NCBI GenBank assembly: GCA_037140955.1
Contig: JBAXDL010000002.1
Span: 28,176 to 92,175, forward strand
DNA from: a bacterium
GTDB taxonomy: Bacteria; Patescibacteriota; Minisyncoccia; Moranbacterales; GWC2-37-73
DNA: 64,000 nt
Direction of reading: 5' to 3'
Numbering within the stretch: position 1 is the first letter of the stretch; every line of letters begins with the position of its first letter. Of the stretch, positions 58,280-64,000 are shown piece after piece. A program made the translations under genes and the position numbers. A model generated the notes under the pieces. That model was not told where the DNA came from and ran no database searches. It was given only the letters and a program-made list of their open reading frames with translations.

Positions 58280-58546
58280 TTAGCAAGAAACACAGGCGCC
58301 TTGCTCAACCATATATTCTGCGCGGTCTCCAAACTCTGCCTGCTTGCCCTTGTTCCATTGAGAAATTGGGCGAATATACCCAACCACACGAGAATAAACT
58401 TCTGTTGCTTGAAAATTTCGAAGCACTGAATCTTTTTGATGACAAGACTTGCATTTAGCAAAGGTTTCTTTGCCGACAGAATATGGCATATATTCTTCAT
58501 TGTGCTCTAGGCTTTTTTGACAATCATGACATGTGTGTTTTTTCAT
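58280..58546 (-). CDS. Stand-alone NrdD C-terminal glycyl-radical/Zn-ribbon protein
   Basis: CHDC..CKSC then TEVYSRVVGYIRPISQWNKGKQAEFGDR. Confidence 0.85.
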   Translation of the reverse strand: MKKHTCHDCQKSLEHNEEYMPYSVGKETFAKCKSCHQKDSVLRNFQATEVYSRVVGYIRPISQWNKGKQAEFGDRAEYMVEQGACVSC

Positions 58547-58621
58547 GTTTTTGTTTTTAATTATTTTTTATTTATACTGTTTAATGAAATCTAAATACTT
58601 TTTTACTTAAAGTGCAAGCTT

Positions 58622-58766
58622 AGATATATTTTATTTTCATCATTGAAAAACAATTACAACTTTCCAAATAACACCAAGAAGGCTTGTTTTTAATTATCTT
58701 TCAAAATCTATGATTTTGTTCAGATAATATATGCCCTTGGGTGAGGTGAAAAAATAAAAAATATCT
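58622..58766 (+). repeat. ~100-bp inverted-repeat element, copy B (with insertion)
   Basis: AGATATATTTTATTTT..GAAAAACAATTACAACTTTCCAAATAACACCAAG..CTTGTTTT..[insert]..GGTGAAAAATAAAAAAATATCT. Confidence 0.72.
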
Positions 58767-58779
58767 CAACTTTCTTGTT

Positions 58780-60975
58780 TTATTTTTTCTCCGCACAAGC
58801 AACTTCGCATTTTCCATTTTCATATTCCTTGCGATCTCCAAATTCAGCCTGCTTTCCTTTGTTCCATTGTTCAACGGGGCGAATATACCCAACCACGCGA
58901 GAATAAACTTCGGTTTTTTGTTCAATAACACACTTTGGACAAACTGGTTGTTCGCCGTTGATATATCCATGCACCGGACAAATACTGAAAGTTGGAGAAA
59001 GCGTGAAATATGGCAAAGAATAATTTTCCGCAATCTTTCTGACCAGATTTTTCACCATTTCAATGTCCCAAATTCTTTCCCCCAAGAATCCATGAAGCAC
59101 CGTTCCTCCTGTATATTTTGTTTGCATTTTTTCCTGCAAATCTAAAGCCTCAAAAATATCTTCTGTGAAGTGAACTGGCAATTGTGAAGAATTGGTATAA
59201 TATGGCTCTGCACCTTTTGTTCGAACCGCCACATTGTTTGCAAAAATAATTTCTGGATATTTTTCACGATCCTTTCTGGCCAAGCGATATGATGTTCCTT
59301 CAGCTGGAGTTGCTTCAAGATTGTACATGCTGCCAGTTTCCTCTTGAAATTTGAGCATTTTCTCTCGCATATGCACCAAAATTTCCTCTCCCAAATCCTG
59401 TCCTTCTTTGGTGGTAATATCCTTTCCAATTAAATTTACCAAAGCCTCATTTAATCCAACCAAGCCAATGGTTGAAAAATGATTTGACCAATAAGACCCC
59501 TGACGCATTTTGATCGCATCTAAATAAAATTTGGTGTATGGATATAATCCTTTTTCTGTTAGACTTTCTACTAATTTTCTTTTTGTATCAAGACTTTCCT
59601 TGGCCACATCCATCAATGAATCAAGTTGCACAAAAAATTCTTTTTTGTTTTTTGCGGCATAACCAATACGTGGCATGTTTATTGTTACCACCCCAATTGA
59701 GCCAGTTAGTGGATTTGCGCCAAAGAGTCCTCCACCTCGTTTGCGCAATTCTCGATTGTCCAAACGAAGACGACAGCACATAGAACGAGCATCATCAGGA
59801 TCCATGTCTGAGTTAACAAAGTTTGCAAAATATGGAATGCCATACTTTGCTGTCATTTCCCAAACAGCATCAAAGCGCTTGTCACTCCAATCAAAATCTT
59901 TGGCAATGTTGTATGTCGGAATTGGGAAAGTGAAGATTCGCCCGCTAGCATCACCTTCAGTCATCACCTCAGCAAAGGCGCGATTGATCATGTTCATTTC
60001 ATCTTGAAATTCACCATAAGTTTCTTTTTGTGGAACCCCACCAATGATGACAGCTTCTTTTGCAAGCATTCCTGGTGCGGTCATGTCCATAGTGATGTTT
60101 GAAAATGGTGTTTGAAATCCCACGCGCGTTGAAACATTCATATTGAAAACAAAAGATTGAATTTCTTGTTTAACTTGCTCATAGGTCAATTTGTCATAGC
60201 GCACAAATGGAGCAAGAAGTGTGTCAAAATTTGAAAAAGCTTGCGCTCCAGCAACCTCACCCTGCAAAGTATAAATGAAATTTACCATTTGCCCAAGAAT
60301 TGAACCAAGATGTTTTGCTGGCTTGCAGGCAACCTTTCCAGGCACACCAGTAAATCCCCTGCGAAGCAAATCTTGCAAATCCCAACCACAACAATAGGCA
60401 GCAACCAGCTGCAAATCATGAATGTGAATATCACCACTCTCATTGGCAGATCGAATTTCCTTAGAATAAACACGATTCATCCAATATTTAGAACTAACGA
60501 TTGAAGCGATGTAATTGTTAAGGCCTTGCAAAGAGTATGCCATGTTTGCGTTCTCTTTTACTTGCCAATCTAATTCTTGAATATATTTATCCACTAAACT
60601 TACAGCCTCATCCAGAGAGTGTTCTGTTTCGCGAATTTTTCGATGCTGTTCTCGATACAAAATATATGCCTTGGCAGTTTCCTCATAATCCAAAACCATC
60701 AGCACACGCTCAACCAAATCTTGCAATTGTTCAATTGCTGGAATTTCACCCTTTTTAAAATTTTTGTTCAGCAATTGCACAACTTTGTCAGCAACTTTTT
60801 TGGCATCATCCTTTGTTCCTTCTTTTGTTATTAAAAATGCTCGCTCAACCGCAACTGCAATCTTTTTCTGGTCAAAAGGCACAACCACTCCACTTCTCTT
60901 TACAATCTTTTTCACCAAATTCACAACTTTTTTCTTTTCAATCTTTTTTTCTTCCACCTTCTTTTGATTTTTCAT
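58780..60975 (-). CDS. nrdD: Class III ribonucleoside-triphosphate reductase with ATP cone
   Basis: IVKRSG ATP cone, AYCCGW, RSMCCRL, EATPAEG, CPVH..CPKC, YSRVVGY. Confidence 0.96.
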   Translation of the reverse strand: MKNQKKVEEKKIEKKKVVNLVKKIVKRSGVVVPFDQKKIAVAVERAFLITKEGTKDDAKKVADKVVQLLNKNFKKGEIPAIEQLQDLVERVLMVLDYEETAKAYILYREQHRKIRETEHSLDEAVSLVDKYIQELDWQVKENANMAYSLQGLNNYIASIVSSKYWMNRVYSKEIRSANESGDIHIHDLQLVAAYCCGWDLQDLLRRGFTGVPGKVACKPAKHLGSILGQMVNFIYTLQGEVAGAQAFSNFDTLLAPFVRYDKLTYEQVKQEIQSFVFNMNVSTRVGFQTPFSNITMDMTAPGMLAKEAVIIGGVPQKETYGEFQDEMNMINRAFAEVMTEGDASGRIFTFPIPTYNIAKDFDWSDKRFDAVWEMTAKYGIPYFANFVNSDMDPDDARSMCCRLRLDNRELRKRGGGLFGANPLTGSIGVVTINMPRIGYAAKNKKEFFVQLDSLMDVAKESLDTKRKLVESLTEKGLYPYTKFYLDAIKMRQGSYWSNHFSTIGLVGLNEALVNLIGKDITTKEGQDLGEEILVHMREKMLKFQEETGSMYNLEATPAEGTSYRLARKDREKYPEIIFANNVAVRTKGAEPYYTNSSQLPVHFTEDIFEALDLQEKMQTKYTGGTVLHGFLGERIWDIEMVKNLVRKIAENYSLPYFTLSPTFSICPVHGYINGEQPVCPKCVIEQKTEVYSRVVGYIRPVEQWNKGKQAEFGDRKEYENGKCEVACAEKK

Positions 60976-61040
60976 ATTGTTTTCTCCCCTAAGAGTTATA
61001 TTTTTTAAAAAAATTTTAATTCAAACCAACCCACGTAAAC

Positions 61041-61144
61041 AGTTTGAATATATTTTATTTTTATCACTGAAAAACAATTGCAACCTTTTCAATATAACAC
61101 CAATGATACTTGTTTTAGGTGAAAAAATAAAACATATTCAAACT
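61041..61144 (+). repeat. ~100-bp inverted-repeat element, copy C
   Basis: AGTTTGAATAT/ATATTCAAACT ends; GAAAAACAATTGCAAC..ATAACACCAA..CTTGTTTT core. Confidence 0.75.
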
Positions 61145-61176
61145 TTCTCAAAAATACAATTTTGCTAAAATATAAA

Positions 61177-61632
61177 TCAATCTTCGACTGACATCTTCTC
61201 AACTTCTCTGCGAAAACTTTCAGCTGTCTTGAATGATTTGTACACACTGGCAAAGCGCAGATATGCCACATCATCCAACTCTTTTAATTTGTCTAAAATC
61301 ATTTTCCCAATTTCCTTGCTTGTGATCTCATTTGATTCTCTGGCCTGAATTTCATATTCAATATCGCCAATTGCTTTTGAAATTTTTTCTTCACTCACTG
61401 GTCTTTTCTCCAGGGCCTTGTGCAAACCAACCTCAATCTTTTTGCGATCATACTCTTGTTTTGAGCCATCACGCTTGATAACACTTAATTTCATTATTTC
61501 CATTTCTTCATAGGTACTGAAACGCGATTGGCATTTTTCGCATTCCCTGCGTCTACGAATGGCCCTTCCCTCATTGGTGTCGCGCGAGTCCACCACCTTT
61601 GTTTCGCTGTGCGCGCAAAAAGGACAAATCAT
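61177..61632 (-). CDS. nrdR: Transcriptional repressor NrdR
   Basis: CPFC, VVDSR, IRRRRECEKC, DDVAYLRFASVY. Confidence 0.97.
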   Translation of the reverse strand: MICPFCAHSETKVVDSRDTNEGRAIRRRRECEKCQSRFSTYEEMEIMKLSVIKRDGSKQEYDRKKIEVGLHKALEKRPVSEEKISKAIGDIEYEIQARESNEITSKEIGKMILDKLKELDDVAYLRFASVYKSFKTAESFRREVEKMSVED

Positions 61633-61835
61633 GTGTTTATTAAATTTCCAATTTCCAACTTTAAATTTTCAATGAAATTCAAAATTATAAATTCAAATTT
61701 CCAATTTAATTTTTAATTTTTTTGTTTTTGATTTTTTATCGCAAATGCAACAAAAAAAGACATTACAATAAAACTTGACAACTTTTATTTTTCACTTTTT
61801 TTGAAACTTGACTTTTTTGATTTTTGTGTACTTTT

Positions 61836-61890
61836 ATACTACATGTTGTGTATTACTAGTTCATTATACCACAAGCCAATAATATGCCAA
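61836..61890 (-). promoter_or_regulatory. nrdR-nrdD promoter with NrdR-box-like site
   Basis: TTGGCA-16-TATAAT with extended TG on minus strand; ATACTACATGTTGTGT (61836-61851) resembles an NrdR box. Confidence 0.55.
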
Positions 61891-61984
61891 GCATCCCATT
61901 TTAAGCTATTTTTCAAAGTTATGCACAGAAAAAACTCAAAAAAAACAACCCATTTCCATGAATTGTTTTTTTGATTTTAATTTT

Positions 61985-64000
61985 TTACAAGGCTGTTTCT
62001 TGCCATTTTTGAATTGAAATTGGAAGTGGACAATACAATGTTTCACTCGTAGAAGAGCAAGGCACACCACAGTCTGCATTTGCTGGATACGTTGTTCCAC
62101 CACCGCATGTAGTATCCGTTTTAGCACACATTGGTTTAGCAGTTGTAATTGTTTTTCCTGCTTTATCAGTAGTATTGCAAACAGCGCCAGTTGAAGTCAT
62201 AGGACAAATATATGAATATACTGGAATGCAAGTCTTTTTTGCCGTGCAACTTGCTGGAGAACCACCGCTTTTTCCGTTGCATGTCCAAGACCAAGGTCCA
62301 GATCCTGATACTGCTGGAGTTGAACCATCACCACAGAGACCAACAGGATCAGCTGAAGAAGGAGGGGAAAAAAGATAATCATTGCCTGGATTTGAATATG
62401 AACCACAAACTCCATCTACCGGCGAATTTATCCCAACTGTGACACTTTGATTAACAATGGAAATATTCGATGAATTCAAACACTCCATATTGTAAGTTGT
62501 TGGTACTGTTATGCCACTAAAAATACTTGAACCAGCTGCTGGATCAGGAGCCCAGCCGAGTATTGAACCATAACTATCTATAAACCTACAAGAGGCAGTA
62601 TTGGTTGATAACCATGAAATTGTCGAAGACCCTCCCTGATCAACACTAGTCGGAGACGCTGTCAATGAAAGTGTTGGAGTAGTGCAAGATGAATAATCAA
62701 GAGTTGCAAGTGAACCAGTACCACTATGACAAGTGCAGTCAACAACATAACCAATACCTGGTGGATCTAGAAAGGTTGCGCAGCTAGCATCTGCAGATTC
62801 ATATGGTGCAGCAACCTTAGTATTGTTGTACAAACTAGAACATCCTACCCCACAAGTATACTTTTTGTTGGCAGAGCAAGAGGTTCCACTGCAGGTCCAG
62901 GACCAAGGTCCAGATCCTGATACCGCTGAAGCTGTGCCAGATGAACAAAAGTTGGCAGTTGGAGCAGAGAGGAAATATTGACCATTTGATGAGCCGCATC
63001 CTGATTGAGTTGCAGAGCAACTTGCAGCTGCTCCCCCATATTGTCCAAGGCAACTCCAAGACCAAGCACCAGAAGCTGAAGCTGTGCCAGCTTGGCAAAG
63101 ATTAGAGGTTGGAGCTGACGGGAATGATTGACCATTAGCAGAACCACAGACACCAGGAATTGGGTCATGACACTCACCACCGCCAGAACTAATAGTGCCA
63201 TTATCGCATGACATATAAGTAAAGCCAACATTTGAATTTATAGCATTATCAAATTTTCCAGAAAAATTATAGGCCACTTCCATATTTAAGATAACACCAC
63301 ATTGTTTTGGGTTATCAGATGTTCCCCAATAAGAAGAATAGAAAAAACAATTCCTATTTGCATAGCAAGATGCATCTGAACCACCATTTTTTCCAGCACA
63401 TGTCCAATTCCATGTTCCAGCAAAAGAAACTGGTACCCATGAACCATCTCCACAAAGATTTGAACCTGGTGAATTTAAAAATGATCCACCATGTGATGAG
63501 CCACAAGAACCATTGATTTTTTCATAAGCAATACATGCAGTTTCATTGCTTGGACTAGCTACTGTTTTACATCCCCATTTCCATGCGCCAGCAGGAGAAC
63601 CTGCGACATATGAAACAGCAGTACTTATCTTACTTCCAACAGCACAAAATTCTTGACCCATGATTGGAATTGAAGTTCTCATTGTCCCATCAGCTGAACC
63701 ACACACTCCCGATGGAACAAGACATATTGAACCAGAAAGGGTTCCACCAGAAGGACATGAAAATCAATTGGAAGTTTTGCTTGTGGGTTATAGCAATCAG
63801 CTCCACCACTCATGGGATAACTTATTGCTAGCTCTGGTATTGTACACATAAATTGCCTGTGACATATTGTGAAGCAGTTATTTCCCTGTATTGTCATTCC
63901 CCTATAATTTCCAAGACCACATGATCCAATATTAACAGAACAAGATGGAGTTGCATCATAAGCCTTAACACTTCTAGAGTCAAAAATCCCAAACAATATT
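61985..64000 (-). CDS. Cys/Gly/Ser-rich repeat surface protein, frameshifted near 63760, 5' end outside window
   Basis: Repeated CGSxNG...P..NLC..G...VSGSGPWSWTC; the two ORFs join at PIDF/SCPSGGTLSG if one T is added. Confidence 0.75.

Noticed and set aside
58120-59033. Two mutually similar ORFs 58120-58500 and 58701-59033
   Set aside because: Alternative-frame shadows of the duplicated NrdD C-terminal coding sequence.
1-64000. Alternative genetic code (TGA=Gly), rRNA/tRNA genes, prophage or IS transposase
   Set aside because: Conserved genes translate full length in code 11 and some end in TGA; by eye I found no cloverleaf, rRNA, integrase or transposase.

Overview
AT-rich chromosomal window, translated with genetic code 11, that looks like a Patescibacteria/CPR (Parcubacteria, Moranbacteria-like) genome. 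The basis is that rpsE abuts rplO with no rpmD/L30, most core genes lack a Shine-Dalgarno site, and CPR-type orphan proteins are present. Core content: the str-S10-spc ribosomal superoperon (rpsL to map), rpsP, rplJL with an L10 leader, rpmB, HU and a short SMC. Glycolysis genes (tpiA, fba, gap) bracket a minimal group-3b-like [NiFe]-hydrogenase cluster with atypical HypA and HypC. Also present are a split ComEC, an ApbE + ferric-reductase-like locus, a class III ribonucleotide reductase operon and Cys-rich/Ig-like surface proteins. The strongest candidates for undescribed biology are: (1) three exported proteins beside ApbE that all end in TTK[K/V]S-stop, a candidate non-canonical C-terminal flavinylation tag; (2) a stand-alone copy of the NrdD glycyl-radical domain between nrdD and nrdG, a possible GrcA-like spare part; (3) many intergenic hairpins built from 7- or 9-nt periodic arms, one pair enclosing a four-helix-bundle gene; (4) a GIY-YIG gene bounded by perfect 28-bp inverted palindromes, with a solo copy elsewhere; (5) a ~100-bp inverted-repeat element present three times in anaerobic-enzyme operons. 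All calls come from reading the sequence by eye; no searches were run.
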